Source of the DNA: Rhina ancylostomus
Taxonomy: Eukaryota
DNA: 64,000 nucleotides
NCBI GenBank assembly: GCA_030265395.1
Contig: JARFYF010000056.1
Location: 14,302,012-14,366,011 of the forward strand
Direction: 5' to 3'
Part shown: in pieces, positions 42,494 through 56,722 of the stretch
Numbering within the stretch: the stretch's first letter is position 1
How the letters are laid out: every line of letters starts with the position of its first letter
The notes under the pieces: model-generated
The model's input: only the letters and a program-made list of their open reading frames with translations
The model's database searches: none
What the model was told of the DNA's origin: nothing
Made by a program: the position numbers and the translations under genes

Positions 42494-43205
42494 CTGGAGG
42501 TTGAAGGGAAAACCTGCAATTATTGGTACAGCTGGGTACAATTCTACTTCAGATATTCAAACCCCAGAACAGGGACTGCAGAATTAAGACTGCCTCTCTC
42601 TGCATCGGTAATATAAATAAGCCTAAATGACACAGTTATACTTGAAATTGAAACAAAATAAAAATTTCTTAAATTGGCCAAAGATTGATCATCGTACCCA
42701 AAACAAAAATGTCTGATGGTGCTTAACATACCATTTTGACACACCCCAATTTATAATACAATTGTTATTGGCCAGACATTTAAGAACTGCTAGGTTTGGG
42801 AATATACTTAGTCTGCTGTTATGGGAGCATCATAAAGCAAAATCACGTTAGATAGAATTGGGTATTCCAAGTTGGGACATTTAATAAATATAAACATTTA
42901 CAGTAGCTGAGCTATTTTCTTCCATTGTGAAGAAGGGAAGTTTAGAGAAAGGCAAATCCTTTGGAAAAATAGAATAGGGCTCTATTTAAATGTGACAGTA
43001 AACACAACTTAGAAGGCTCTCTAGTTAACAGAATAACACATTCCCTAAAGGCTTTCATATCCTTCAATACTTATTAGGAGAAAGGGACTACATGCCACAA
43101 ATACCATCATTTCTTGTAGACACCTGTCCAATCATCAATCATCCAGTGCAGAATTCTCCACCTAAAACAGCCATTTGCTAAAAAAACTCTTCAAAACAGA
43201 CTCAC

Positions 43206-43314
43206 TGATTCAGCCGTAATGCTTTAACTGCTCGACTCTCAGGGAAGCCCATTTCTGTCAGTTGACGTAGAGCTGCCTCATCCACCCGTTCTTCCTCATC
43301 CTCATCCAGCATAG
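43206..43314 (-). CDS. UBAC1: UBAC1 coding exon 6 (UBA1)
   Basis: atag|(A)[35 protein letters not shown]+CA|gtgagt; 109 nt; UBA MGF motif. Confidence 0.96.
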
Positions 43315-43540
43315 CTATGGAAAGGAAAAATACGCTACCAATAGTCACAACAATCTAATTTGTCTTGAAGCTATGATGAAACAATTAATGCATTCTCAGA
43401 AGGACTTTAAAAATAACTTTCTTAAAAAGAGCATGACAGATATGACACAGCTGTTGAAAACAATCTGAAAATTCAAATGTGGAATAAAAAGCTTTTCTGC
43501 AATGATTTTACTAAATCACAGTGGTTTAAATCTCCAAAAT

Positions 43541-43700
43541 GATTTGATCAAGCCATTCAATATAATGAAAAGGGCTTGATGAGCTTGATCTGGAGATAGT
43601 TTCCTTTTCAGTTCTGATGAAAGATCATTAACCAGAAATGTTCTGTCCCTCTCCGCTGATGCTACCTACCCTGCTGAGTACCTCCAGCTGTTTTTGTTTT
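43541..43700 (+). mobile_element. Chimeric CR1-like/PLE-terminus repeat, copy 1 (intron 5)
   Basis: Colinear with the reverse complement of 63785-63900; contains CTGATGA...GAAA. Confidence 0.6.
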
Positions 43701-45035
43701 TATAGTTTCATTCACCATATCAAAGAAACAAATAAAAGACTACTTTGCAAATAATATTTCCAACTATTGTTGATAAAAATATTCATGATCCTGTAATTAA
43801 GTTTCATTTCCTCATTAAAGCATCCCCTTCCTGGCAAAGATTTAGAAGGAAGAAATCAGCAGTTGTATTGATTAAAATTACCATGTCTACAAATGTGGCT
43901 CAGTATTCCTTTAAAAAATTTTGCTCCCCCATCCCTTAATGCTTTACATTTTAGAAGTAGTTATAGAAATGCAGGTTACAATGCTTCAACAGAACTCAAC
44001 AGTTCTTTACAAAACTAGAAATTGTCACATTTCTTGATTTCTTTGTTTCTATTCCACAATTATTCCCTTCAGCACATCTATGGTCTCAAACACCATGCTC
44101 ATTATATTTGGAAAATAATGAGACTCCATCTCTTAAAATAGTTTGGTGCATCCATAATTGCTAAGTAACATTGCAAAAAGTGCAAAGAACAAGCACTCAG
44201 CCATATAATATAATTATTAGAATGAACATTTTATTCTCACATTTAGAACTTTAATCTGTTCTTCCATGTCTCTCATTGATCCGCAGCTTAAGTTTAAAAA
44301 GGTATTACTCAAAAATGTTGAATTCTATTTTATAGACACAGATTTGCTGAGCTCCCTAAGCTTCTCTAATTAGTTTTCTTTTGAAGATGCTTATTACACA
44401 CAATCTGAGGACGAGTATGTGTCTCATACTCAGAACTGAAGATAGCAGTTTAATTTCAAACCATCTAGCAGTGACACAATGTCACTGCTTTACTTCTGTA
44501 GAGAACTGCAAAATAAAAATACTTGCTTGAATCCTGTAAAACTCAGGCTCATTGGGACGTGACCCTAGCTCCCAACCCACTCTTAGTTACAGAAAGAGGA
44601 TGCCATGATGACAGAAAATGTTTTCAGTCCATTTTAATATTGCTCCACTTCCTGGCCAAGTACAGAAGTGTCACAATTTCAGGAACTCCGTTATTCCCAC
44701 GAACTTTTTAAAAGGTCCTATGGCCTTGTTTTACAGATTCCATTACCATATTTTCTATGATGTTCTAAATAATATTGTGCCTCACAACAATTTTCTTAAA
44801 GACTGACAAAACAAAAACCAACACCAGAAAGCAACCAAATATTCTAATTTATAAATGCCAATAATTCTGACAATTCATTTTAATAGTCTTGAAAATAATT
44901 TTAATTTCGGTTCTTCCCAATCTGCACTTAATCACTGTAGTCAATAACCTTAGTAAGTACATGTTTTGTGGATAGAAAACAAAATCATTGCGACAGCAGA
45001 CCATTACCTCTGTTTCAACACATTGGTAATCTTAC

Positions 45036-45138
45036 CATTAGCCTTCTTAAATAGTTCAACAGCATCTGGATTTAGTGCTAGCAGCTTCTGTGCCACTTCT
45101 ATTAGTGAAACAAGGATTTTCCTGAGTTCTGTCTGAAA
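45036..45138 (-). CDS. UBAC1: UBAC1 coding exon 5
   Basis: ctag|[34 protein letters not shown]+G|gtaag; 103 nt. Confidence 0.96.
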
Positions 45139-46509
45139 CTAGAAATACATGTTAATGATTTATATTCAGTTAAATATCATTGCTTGGTTGAAAAAAGTTC
45201 AAGACAATTAGTTAATACAGATCTTGTATTCCCCCCCCCCCCTGGTAAGCAGCAAATCACNNNNNNNNNNNNNNNNNNNNNNNNNNNNNNNNNNNNNNNN
45301 NNNNNNNNNNNNNNNNNNNNNNNNNNNNNNNNNNNNNNNNNNNNNNNNNNNNNNNNNNNNGTATTCCCCCCCCCCCCTTGTAAGCAGCAAAAAACATCTT
45401 GCTTGTATGGTCTGTTGTTTATCTAGTCATTTCAAATTGCTAACACTCCAGCTAAATATCAATATATACCAGCTCATCCACTTCTACCTAGTCCCTCTTT
45501 AAAATTCCATATTTTTGCATGAAGTGACTCCTTTAACATTTCATTTCTTGGAACAAGGCAACATACTCAGTGGCAGAAAGCAGACATGGTCACATTTTGG
45601 CTGTGTGCGCCTGTCATTCAGCCCCTCAGTAATTATTACTTCAATCACCATTAGCACCCCAGTAACTCCTTCCTGCTATTGATATTTAATATTCTGTAGG
45701 ATTGATTTGAGTATTGTTCAGCTGGTAGAAATAAGGCAACAAGTTAATTAATATCAGAATGGAAGACATAGTCCTTTCCCAGTCTTCAATTTTGAAGACC
45801 TTGGCAGCAAGATCTCCCAACAGGCTTGGCTCTGTCATCAATACTGGAATCCAATGTTAAATATCCCCACAAGGAAAATCATCTTAGCTTTCCTGCCTAA
45901 TGAATAAATAGGAAGTAAAATCTGGGCCAGGTGAGACAAGTGATCTAATAACCTGTATGGCCAGACTGAGCAGAACTTTCCCTCCAGAGTAGGTATAGGC
46001 CTCCCTGCAAGAAACCCCCTTTCTGTGGCTTACCAAGTGCTAGGAACTATTCCATTGTCCCAGTTGGCAGCATCCTGATACTCTACAAAACAACCCTTCA
46101 TCAGCATCTGCTGCTTATTGATTTTGAGCCAAAAAATACCTTCAAGCTCTAGGAGTTAAAAACCACCCAGAACTCAGATGCATTTTTCAAGAGTTTTAAG
46201 ACCAAGCTTCATCGATTTCCAACATAAAAGTTCACCCCTGATTATTTAAATCCAAAACAAACTTGATTTAATAATTGGTAAGGTAATGCCTTGTTAACTT
46301 TACTGACTTTCCAAATTCCTATACCAGAAATAATTACTTTGGAAACAGCCTATACAAACCCATTACTTGAATTCTCTTGCCAGCAGTTGGGGTGGATAGG
46401 AATTTATCCTGACATAAGTGGCTCAGAAGTGTGCAGAGAAAATGCTTTTAAATGTATAAAAGTTGATTTTAAAAATATATCTTTTTTTAAAAAAAGTTAA
46501 ATTACATAC

Positions 46510-46617
46510 ATCTCGCAGGTTGTGCTGGGTGACCATCCGATCAACCTGCCGAGCAGCAAGTTGAGCTGTCACCTTCATGATGGCCTCCTTATCTGGAGCC
46601 TTTTGCTCTTGTTTTTT
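46510..46617 (-). CDS. UBAC1: UBAC1 coding exon 4
   Basis: ttcag|KKQEQKAPDKEAIMKVTAQLAARQVDRMVTQHNLRD|gtatgt; 108 nt. Confidence 0.94.
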
Positions 46618-47012
46618 CTGAACAAGAAGGAAAGGGAAAATTCTTTATATCTGACCATAAAGATGGTGTAACGCAGACTATAAACTACCAATATGATATC
46701 CAATACCTTGTGAAAGCAAACTAAACTATCATTCTGGGCAACATCAGAAGTACTCATTTAATCACTCCATAAACCCATCCTTATCTTTCCACAGGAGATA
46801 TGCAGAACTACGCAAAAGCTTCTACTTCACATTCAGTGCTCTCTAATCCAAGATGAAAACTAAGGATTAAGTGTAACAAGGCCACAGGGAAAATCTTGTG
46901 ATTTTACAAGCAATCCTTAGCGATATGAAACAACCAAACATTAGATTACTTTTCTAATATTGTGGAGTTTTACCCAAAAGGCAATGTAGATCATTTTAAA
47001 TAAGTGGTTTAC

Positions 47013-47086
47013 CTTTTCTTCAGCCGAAACATCAGCCATTTTGGGAGGAGCAGCAGGGGCCCGCTTTTTAATTAGCAATAAAACAT
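47013..47086 (-). CDS. UBAC1: UBAC1 coding exon 3
   Basis: tag|(D)[24 protein letters not shown]|gtaaac; 74 nt. Confidence 0.95.
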
Positions 47087-48738
47087 CTAGTATAAAAACA
47101 AAAGGTAAAGATGAATACGCAGCTTAATACAGCAGATAGTAGATTATCTGAACACACTACTCTGTCATCTTACAAAGAAAGCAGAGTAAGGGTTAATGTC
47201 ATTATCCAGTTAAGCCACAGTTTAAAATGCTGTATGTAATTCCTATCATACCATTATTTTACCTGGACACTGGGGTTTCACCATAGGACTTGGTTTTCAC
47301 AAGCAAAAATAAAAGTGTGGATGCTGCAAATCTAAAACAACAACACAAAATTCTGGAGATATTCAGCATTAACTTTGTTTCCCTCTTTGCAGATGGTGCA
47401 CTATCTGGTTAGTGCTACCAGTGTTTTCTATTTTATCTTCGTGTTAGAGTTGTGATCCTCGATATTTAAAGTACAATAACAATATTTTACCATCCATTTA
47501 ATAATGACTTTAATTTTTTTCCTGTTGGGATACAGTTTGTTAGTTTTTGCATTTACTTTGTTCCCATGATCGTTATTGATTTTAAACACCACAAATGGTA
47601 AAACTAATCCTGACTCAACTCTATAAACAACCCTTACTGGACAGTAATGAACAAGAACCTCAGATAATTGTCCCTGACTTAACTCAAGAACACCGAGATC
47701 CACTAAAGCTCTAACATCAATCCAGACCAAGGACCAAAGATAGGTCTCTCCTACTTTGTGTGGTTCAGCTACTGACCGGAGAAAATCTCTCTGCTACTGT
47801 GGATAATTTAGACCACTGCTTTGGTGCAATCCAATGTTTATATCTTCCTTCAATCACACTGCTCCAAACATCCACTCACCCAAAAATAAAAAGCCCAAGC
47901 TTAGCAGTGGTAGGGATTACCCGAGTATATTTCACAGCATCCTGTCCAGAAGCGAGGTGCAAAGATTAATGACCTCCAGCTCAGGCAAGAATCACTTCTG
48001 TCCCTGGAGGCCATTTATCAAACAACACAAAGATATCATAAACGTTCCCCCAGCTCAAAACTTTGGAATTCCCTACCTAGAAGTACTGCAAAATGTCAGG
48101 AAGCAAAGGTTTAAGGACAAAATTCACCATTATTCCCCAAGGCAAACAGGAATGAGTAATAAATGAATATGAACTCTTTGTATATAATTCCTCTCTGTAT
48201 GGAATCATGTTATTAGTCTTTTTTCTTAAATCAGTATTAATTTTCCTTGTATAACTTTTCGGGTTAGCTCTGCAACTTAACACTACTACCTTGTGCATCT
48301 TGTCACCTCATCTTTCAGGGTTTCCTGCACCAATAGTCCATTCATTTGCTTAAACTTCTTTATAATAACACACAGAGCTGCCCAACAATAAGGATAACAA
48401 CTGGAGACAAACTCAAAAGCAATACTTACAATAAAAGGGAGAAAACTGTTAGAATACAACATTCTCCTTATTTGATTGACCAAGTTACTCAGCTGATCCA
48501 AACCACTAAAACACATTAACCACCTCAAATATTTGTACTTTCCATGCATCTCACCACTAGAAACCCAGTGTCTGGGTGTTATCACAGTAGGACTAGAAGT
48601 TAGTTTAAAGGAAGCTCATTTGAGAGTTCGCTTTATTAGTATTGTTCGTTAAAAGTGAGAAATTATACCACCTCAAAAATTTGATAGTAGCATTTTTCCA
48701 AAAATCCTCTCCATTCACAGGGCTGCAATGATACTCAC

Positions 48739-48859
48739 CTTTATCCTGGAGGTTTTCTTCAGCCACAGTCTTTGTGTCCGACAGGGCCCTCTCTGAAGTA
48801 GCATGAATGAGTTTGTGGTGTGTAACTGTCTTTGGATCTTCTAATCCTCCTTGTACACA
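48739..48859 (-). CDS. UBAC1: UBAC1 coding exon 2
   Basis: ctgcag|[40 protein letters not shown]+G|gtgagt; 121 nt. Confidence 0.95.
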
Positions 48860-51800
48860 CTGCAGGATATGCCAAGAAATTAAAAAACGATTTTAACTCT
48901 GAAAGGATATACCACAGTAAACATTACAGTACAGGCCTGAATTCAATCTTTTACTTCCATAATGCTGAAGCACTAACCAGCACTATTATTAGTTTCAGTT
49001 AGAGTACTAGAAACAGGGAAAAGGGAAGAACAAAACACAAATATATTAGTATAACATTGGTTTAAAAAATTTCCACCATTTTCTCCTGCTCCTAAATCCA
49101 TCAGTTCTTTATCAAGATACAGCCTCAAGGGCATAGGGAACCTACTGCAAGTGACATACAGGAAGAATTTTATCCTCAGCTAATAGACACACATTTCATG
49201 CAGAGGGCGTGCATTAGACCTCACATGGGCCCAAAGACCTATTCTGGCTTTTTTCTGCTTTTACCCAAACCCCAACCCCATTGATGTCTCAGATGAGCCC
49301 TACTGATCTTAACCACTCAGCTGTTCATATTCATCTCACTCATCATGTCTCATGCTCTTAATAAATCATCTCACATTACCACCAGGCCCTGCAATTGGCT
49401 TGGCAGTGCACCATTTTACTGCAGTGTTACATAACTCTCAAGTAATTTAGTCGGGGGGGGGGGGGGGTGAAGGTTGGGGGGGCGCAGATCTAAAATTGAA
49501 AGATTGTGTCCTAACTGGTGCTTTCTCCATTGGTGTCACAACTGAAAATTTCACATACTTGTGAACCTGAGTTTGGACCCTGGGCTGTGAGCACTCGATA
49601 ATACACAAAGTAGATAAAAGAATCACCCAAACCCCAACTGCAATCACGTGCAATGTCAAAAAATCTGTAACAACATAGCTCCAGTCTTCAGCTGCTCTCC
49701 AAACTTCAATATCCGACTTTAACACGTATTGCTATTACTTCATCTTTGTTACTTCAGTATGCCAGAATTCCACGTCTCACAATACCTTGGGGGTGCCTTT
49801 ACCATGAGTGCAGTAGGGGTTCCAGATACCAGTTATCAAATTTTCAGACAACTGAGAATGGCAATGACTATAACCTTGCAAGCATTGGCCAAACTTTGAG
49901 CACAAAATTAAGAGTCCAAAAGGTTTTATTTTTCCATTGAGAACTGAGTTCTAATCCAGTTCCAGAATATCAAACAGATTATTTTATCTTATATCAGTGC
50001 ATAAAGATCCTCATGCTCAGGGTTTCTCTTCAGGAACCAATTCCCAACCCTCCCTCAAAAGAATTGTGAGTACCACACATAGGTAGCATAACCTTAAAAC
50101 AGTAAATGGTCCAGCTAATATTGTTAGTGGTTCTTCTCTCAGTTAGTTCTTCAATCCTTCTCTACCATCGACAAACCCTCCCAAAACAGTCCTTCAATCT
50201 GCTATCAGCTGTCAAATCTGTGACCTTTGCTCCTGGAAACATGTTTGAACCCTTCCAACCAATTTCTCACCAAAAGTCACTAAAGACACTGATTTTGATA
50301 CACTAACCTTCTTCCACCTGCCATTCCACCATTATCCAGCTGGCAGCAATACACTTTCTTAGCTCTCCAATCAGGGACAAAAATTAATTGCAACAGTTTC
50401 TGTTCACACTCTGCTAGCCACTGCCAAAAAACTAACCTCAAATCACTTACCATTTCTCCTCTGTGCACTCTCCTTTGGCAACATCAGGTTCTGTACATAT
50501 ATTGTTTACACACACAGCTCTATCACAGCACCATTCTTCTTGACTCATTACATAAACTGTTAGATTATGCATCAGACATAGTATTCAATGGATGGAAATG
50601 TCCTCCAACTAAATACCAGCAAGATCAAAGACATCATCATTGCTTCTTGCCATTAAGTCCATTCCTTAGCTGCTGACTCCATCATCATCTCTGGTATTCA
50701 CACAAGAATCAGGACCTTTGCAATTTATGGCATTTCATTAAGGTGAAGGATTTGAATGTTGGGACATAATGCTAGTTATGAAGCTAATACATTGGAATGA
50801 ACAAGACCATAGAGGAATCTAAATACAAGAATGAGATTTCTTTTAAAAAAAAATGCAAAGTGTTGATGGACCAGAAGTCAATGTAGGTAACAAGCACATA
50901 GGAAGTTAGCAAGAGGGATGCAGGATGTGGTTTATGATACCAGCTGCATGATTTTGGAAAATTCAAATTTGAGGATGATTGAGTATAGGAGGATAAAGAG
51001 GGGAGCGTGCATCCAATAGAGCCATATTAATATTGGCAATTTTCTTTAAACTACATGACATACATGAGGGAGGCTCTTTTTAGTTCATTCACCTTACAGG
51101 TGCCTATAGCATCACTGCCTTTATCACACCTTCAGACTGTTCCACACAGCAATCATTGTGAGGTATCTCTGACATCAACCTTGCATTTCTTCATGACTAG
51201 TGCTCTTCAAGTTTTCCTTAATTAGTGCTTCAGATTTCATTTGTATATGCAATATAGCAACTTACACACGATCGCCAACAGTAATTTTTAAAAATTCAGC
51301 TATGCCTTTCAAAACTAGCTCATCAAACAAGCCTTTGATCTGTCCCAACATCTCCTTATGTGGCTTGGTGTCACATTTAGTTTGTCAAATGCCATGGGGA
51401 TATTTCGCTAAATTAAAGATAATGCAGGAATATGTTGTATCAAGCAGTTCAAGCTGTGTGTATTAGCTACCCTTTGTGAATGAACACCACTTTTTCCCTC
51501 AAACCTCGAAAGCCTAACAATATCATGACATTAAACTCATTGCTCTGGGAAGTGGTAAAAAGCTTAAGGACTTTATAATGCAGACTAAGACTCTCTGAAC
51601 CAGTACACCACATTTCAACAAAACTGCCAACTCCAACTTACTATCCTGCAGGCCATGTTCATTTTTTTACTTAAAAGGAGAACAAACCATTTCTATCAGG
51701 ACACCTCTTTAATAAAAGTCAGTAAACTCCCAAATTCTGAAAGATTCCCCCCCCCACAATATTCTTAGAACCAAGTTATGATTCTCTTCATTTTAAGCAT

Positions 51801-54800
51801 AATTTCACAACAGTATTTTTCAGTGTTGAAAAAGAGCATCCATGTCTAAGACAGCAGGAAAATTAATCAATTGATTGTGCAGTATAGCAAGTGGATGTGG
51901 CAAGATGCTATTTTGACTTTCTTGCCCAAATAAACCAGTATCCAGCATCCCCAGTGGAAATACATGTGCAAACAGTGAGCAAGGTAGGATCACATTCATT
52001 TATGAAGTCACCACAACTATGACAGCCTGATGAATCAAGGAGGATCTTATGCAAAAAGATCACTTAGATGGAATACTAAAGGATGACCAGTTTTCCTGGT
52101 ACTCTTGCATCAAGAATCAATGACTTAGGAGATGAAAAGTAGTTTTCCCTTGGCGAGTGCCATGATACAATACCAGCTTAACCAAGACACGAGATCTATA
52201 TTGTGCAGGACCCTCAATTTCAAAAGTTCTAAACACAAGTTACTGGAAGATCCATTGCTTCCATCTGCTATGGAGTGCAATATAATCTATTTCCAGACAG
52301 CTCAAAGGCCCAATAAACAAAAGTCTTAACCACCAGTGGGCAGAACCATTTCCCAACCAAACCAAAGCCAAGAATAAATTTGTTCAACCTTGAATTCTAT
52401 ATTACATCCAGTACAAGCACAAACAGACCAAGAAATTTACATGCCTCTCAGTAAATACTTCTCAACTAAATTATGTAGTTTTCCCAAAATCAAACAATTA
52501 AAATGCAAATTTTAAAAAACATGTAGCTTAAAAATAAAATGGAAAAATTTAACTTGTGAAACACTTACCATCCATTACACAATGATCTAGAAGAACATTA
52601 ATGGAAAAGACAAGCAAATGTTCAGCAAGACAAAGTTTTAACCAACGATACAGATGTAAACTACCAACAATGTTGGTGGAGAGTTTTTAAAAAGAAAGCC
52701 ATTTTGAGAAAATTTTTTTTGAGCCAAACACAAGAAGTGTTCATCTTTTCTATAGGGAGAATTCTTCCTCTGGTGATATCACAGGCTACAACAAATAAAA
52801 CAGATTGCACCAATGATATGCAAGGGCTGATGGTTATTTTTCTATTGATAGTCATTTGGAATATATTCCTCAACAAGCTTGATTAGAACACAAACTAAGC
52901 TTCTGGGGATTGAAGATGAGCAGTACAAAAAAGATTTGAAACTAGCAAAAAAGAATGAAATTGGTTAACAGGCAAATAGTCTCAAGTAATTTTAAGGGTA
53001 AAAGGAAGGAGATAGAAGCAATGGATCAGGTCTCTCACATACAAACACAGAAGAAATTTGATTTTGATAGTTTTTTTTTTAAAAAGATAGACTGAAAAAT
53101 CTCCTGAAATACAACTCCAATTGGGCAACACAGCAGCAGAGTATATCAGGTGTTATACTTTTACATAGTTTTCCCAAGTTTAAAAATAACATGCACTGGC
53201 TGGCAGCACATTAAATGATGGTCAAGTCAACATGTTTGATACAGAATCAAAAATGTTGCCGAGCCAAGAATAACCAGCTATAGCCAGAAATTGGAACAAT
53301 GTGCATACCATTCCTATGGGCTAAATGCAGCTTCTGTCTACAACACTAACATGTATTTATATTTTAAAACATATTGAATCAGACCATTTTACTCGCATCT
53401 TACTTTCTAGTGGAAAACAAGTTCTGGAGCAAATTAGACATCTATTAATTTAATGAAGCTCAGGAGGTACTCAAATAACTACACTAAAAGACACAGTCAA
53501 ATACACAGGGGCATCTCATGCTTTTCTCAAGAAAACTGCAACAACCAGTCAAAGACCTCAAAACTTCAGGTACAGCACCGAAAGAGCAAAAAAAAAACCT
53601 TCAAAAATTAAGGATAAACACTATATAAAAAGGATAATAGAAAATTATAGCCAGTTCACTAATCAAAAACTGAGCCACTCCCTTGGCTCTCCCAAGAAAC
53701 CATCTACTTTTACCTTGATTCCATCAATGTCTCCAGCTGATGAGTCAGAATATGGAATCACTGCACGCTGCTTGACCCAAAGCACTTCTGCCAAATTTGG
53801 ATACATTATTAAAAAGTTCTCTTCCAAAATCAAAATCCATGCCTTTAACGTTTACAGGCTTTGTTCCTTCAGACTATCCAACTCAATCTGAATGAAATTG
53901 GTGCAAGGTTGCAACTACAAAATAGCTCAGCAACATCCTCAACTAAGTATGCATTTCCAATCTCATCCAGATACTGCTTATTTGACCCAGAGAGCCAACT
54001 TTCATACAAACACTGCTGCTTTCATTGTGACAGTGATCTACTTCCCTCTTACACCTCCCATCTTTCGCAATTCCTGAACATCAGGTTACCACTCTCCATT
54101 CCACCACCAAATGTTAAATCATTAACCTACACCTTCTACCCATTTAAAATGAATGCATCCATTTTAATCCTCAGGTTTGTTCCCATTCAGCTATTCTTCA
54201 CTGCGAAAAGTGAGCTGACANNNNNNNNNNNNNNNNNNNNNNNNNNNNNNNNNNNNNNNNNNNNNNNNNNNNNNNNNNNNNNNNNNAGAGGTAATTTTTT
54301 TTTTAAATAGAGGATGTACTAATTCAAAAGACTGCAGGGTAAGTACAAATTTAAGATTCTTCATTTGTGCACCTAAGCTGCACATATCAGCAAACAATCT
54401 GACAGTATAGAGCACCCAGTCTAGCTTGATCATACCTTCACATGTATATTCTTACTTTCTTGCACACATTAGAGGTCTCAGGAGAGCTGAAGTGGTCAGA
54501 CTAATACCCTTTTTCAAAGCCAGGATGCAAAGACTACTTGTCACACTTAACTCTTCACAGCCAAGGAGATCAAACCCAAGATTCTTTTTCAATATCATTT
54601 AGTCACATTTGAACAGATGTCATGACATGATAATGGTTGGATACACATTGTTAAAGTAGTACATTGTGGAAAATGATAAAGTGTACACATGGAAAAATAT
54701 ATACGTCTCCTTTGCTATGTACATTGCTCTTCCTCTTGGCTGCAAGATCAGTCAAAATGCATAAAACAGAAAAATTCCTTTGTATTTGGAAAATTAACAG

Positions 54801-56419
54801 CACAAGAGGACAATCAGCCCATCACGTCCATGCTGATCAGTCCTCATAATTATAAAGTTAAACCTGCAAAGGGCATTTCCATAATTGACAGCAAGACAAA
54901 AGTAATAAATTAATAGAAGGAATCATTAAAATATTGTACAATGTTATTCCACTTCACTCTTGACAAGAACCGATTATTTAGATTTTAATATAAGGAGTGA
55001 TCCAACTTTGGGTCAACTGTGAATGCAGAGTATTTGTGTATACTGCACTATGAGCTTATTTATTTTTGGCCGTTAGTAATTGCCAGGGCACAAATGAAAG
55101 AAGAAACCCAAATTATTTTTTTTTAAATTGGGCAAAAGACAAGCTTTTAAACCTTCAGAGTCCAAAACAAGAGTTCACTGGAACCATAATCCAAAAACTG
55201 CTGATAAGAAACACTCAGTAATTTAATAGGGTTAAAAAAACCAAACTAGCTAAAAATAATTTCAATGATCGTGGCTTTAAGGACTGACATCAACTCCTTC
55301 AAAGTTAGGCACATTTTTTTTCTTAGTATCATCTTCTCCAATAACTAATCTAGGTTGCAATAATCACCTTCATAAATGATGTGACCTTGAAGCAACTCAA
55401 GCACATACGTGCTACTAAATTTATGACCCTGTCAAATAAATTCATAATAAATCTTATTTTATGTTTTTCCATGTACTTCAGTTTAAAGAAACTACTTCCA
55501 TCTCTGCAGATGATCCAAAGCACCTCCCATTCAAAGAACAGGGAAATAGTGTTCACTATTGTTACACAAACAAACCCTGAAGCTAGCTCATGCCTAGGAA
55601 AGTCCCACAAACTGAAGTGAGAATGATTTCCAGACCTTATTTTTAGCTAGCTGTGGAATAATGGTTGGTCAGGTCTTGTGCCAAACATACCTGAACAGAT
55701 GGATTGTACCTTATTTTAAAGAGAGCAGTTGCGACAGCAAAACACTTAAATTCTGCACTGAACTACCAATGAAGACCTATTCACATATCTGGAAAAGGAC
55801 GTGAATCCACAATCTTCTAACTCAGAGACTATCCATAGGTTAAAACCAACACTTAGATCAAGCAACCAATGTAGAAGCCTATTTACCATTAAAGAGTAAA
55901 TTGTGCACAGATTGGCATTCAGCACAAGAGAGAAAAATCAGTCCACTCACAACATCATATACACAAAGTTTCTAAATACGAGCTGTGGAAATAAGTCTGT
56001 TTAAAAGAGTTACACAGCATTTGGAACTTCAACTGTGAATAGAATCAAAAGGAAAGAGTTCAAGGGCAAAAAAAGTTTCCAGCCCTATTAAAAAAAGATA
56101 TTGAAGCGCTTTAAAAGTTACACCACGTTTGCAGTGCGGATGGAATGAAGATAGTCTAGTATATTTATGGAATGCAGTCACAGCTAAAGGACACATGAAA
56201 GAAAAAAAAACTACATAATACATGGAAAAAGATGCCAACATCCTGAATAAGAGATCGCTGGAGGCACTGAGCATGACACGCTGATAATAATGTCTCAGCG
56301 ATTTTACAACAAATCGTATTTCGGACGGAGGTGGGTGAGGGGTTGGCACAAGGGCCCTGACCGGCAGAAGGCAACCCCGTGGTACAACCACTCGGACCAC
56401 CAGCGCAGTTGTTCCCTTC

Positions 56420-56578
56420 CGCCGGCCGGCCGGCCGGGGATCAGCCCCCCGCCCTCCCCCGGCCGGGGATCAGCCCTCTNNNNNNNNNNNNNNNNNNNNN
56501 NNNNNNNNNNNNNNNNNNNNNNNNNNNNNNNNNNNNNNNNNNNNNNNNNNNNNNNNNNNNNNNNNNNNNNNNNNNNNN
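56420..56578. repeat. GC-rich minisatellite at the start of intron 1, partly hidden in a gap
   Basis: ccggccggggatcagccc occurs twice about 29 bp apart and runs into a 100-N gap. Confidence 0.55.
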
Positions 56579-56584
56579 ACTTAC

Positions 56585-56722
56585 GTGCTTCAGGCAGCGC
56601 TCCTTGAGCTTCTCGATGCCAGTGTCCTCGGTCACCTCCTCCACCCACTCGGCCCCCTCCATGGTGCAGATGTGGAGCCGCACCACCTTCCCCGCGAAGA
56701 TCTTCTCCTCCTGCACAAACAT
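56585..56722 (-). CDS. UBAC1: UBAC1 coding exon 1 (start of UBL domain)
   Basis: [46 protein letters not shown] followed by donor gtaagt; 138 nt, phase 0. Confidence 0.96.

Larger units (their letters stand above)
35250..56722 (-). other. UBAC1: UBAC1/KPC2 gene span (start to stop codon), 10 coding exons, 402 aa
   Basis: Exons of 138+121+74+108+103+109+214+87+139+116 nt sum to 1209 nt and splice in frame through GT-AG introns. The product runs [19 protein letters not shown]...[12 protein letters not shown], matching vertebrate UBAC1 as I recall it (UBL, two UBA domains, STI1). Confidence 0.97.

Noticed and set aside
43609-43645. Active ribozyme cleaving UBAC1 pre-mRNA
   Set aside because: The motif is antisense to UBAC1, and its stem II and 3' stem I are disrupted.
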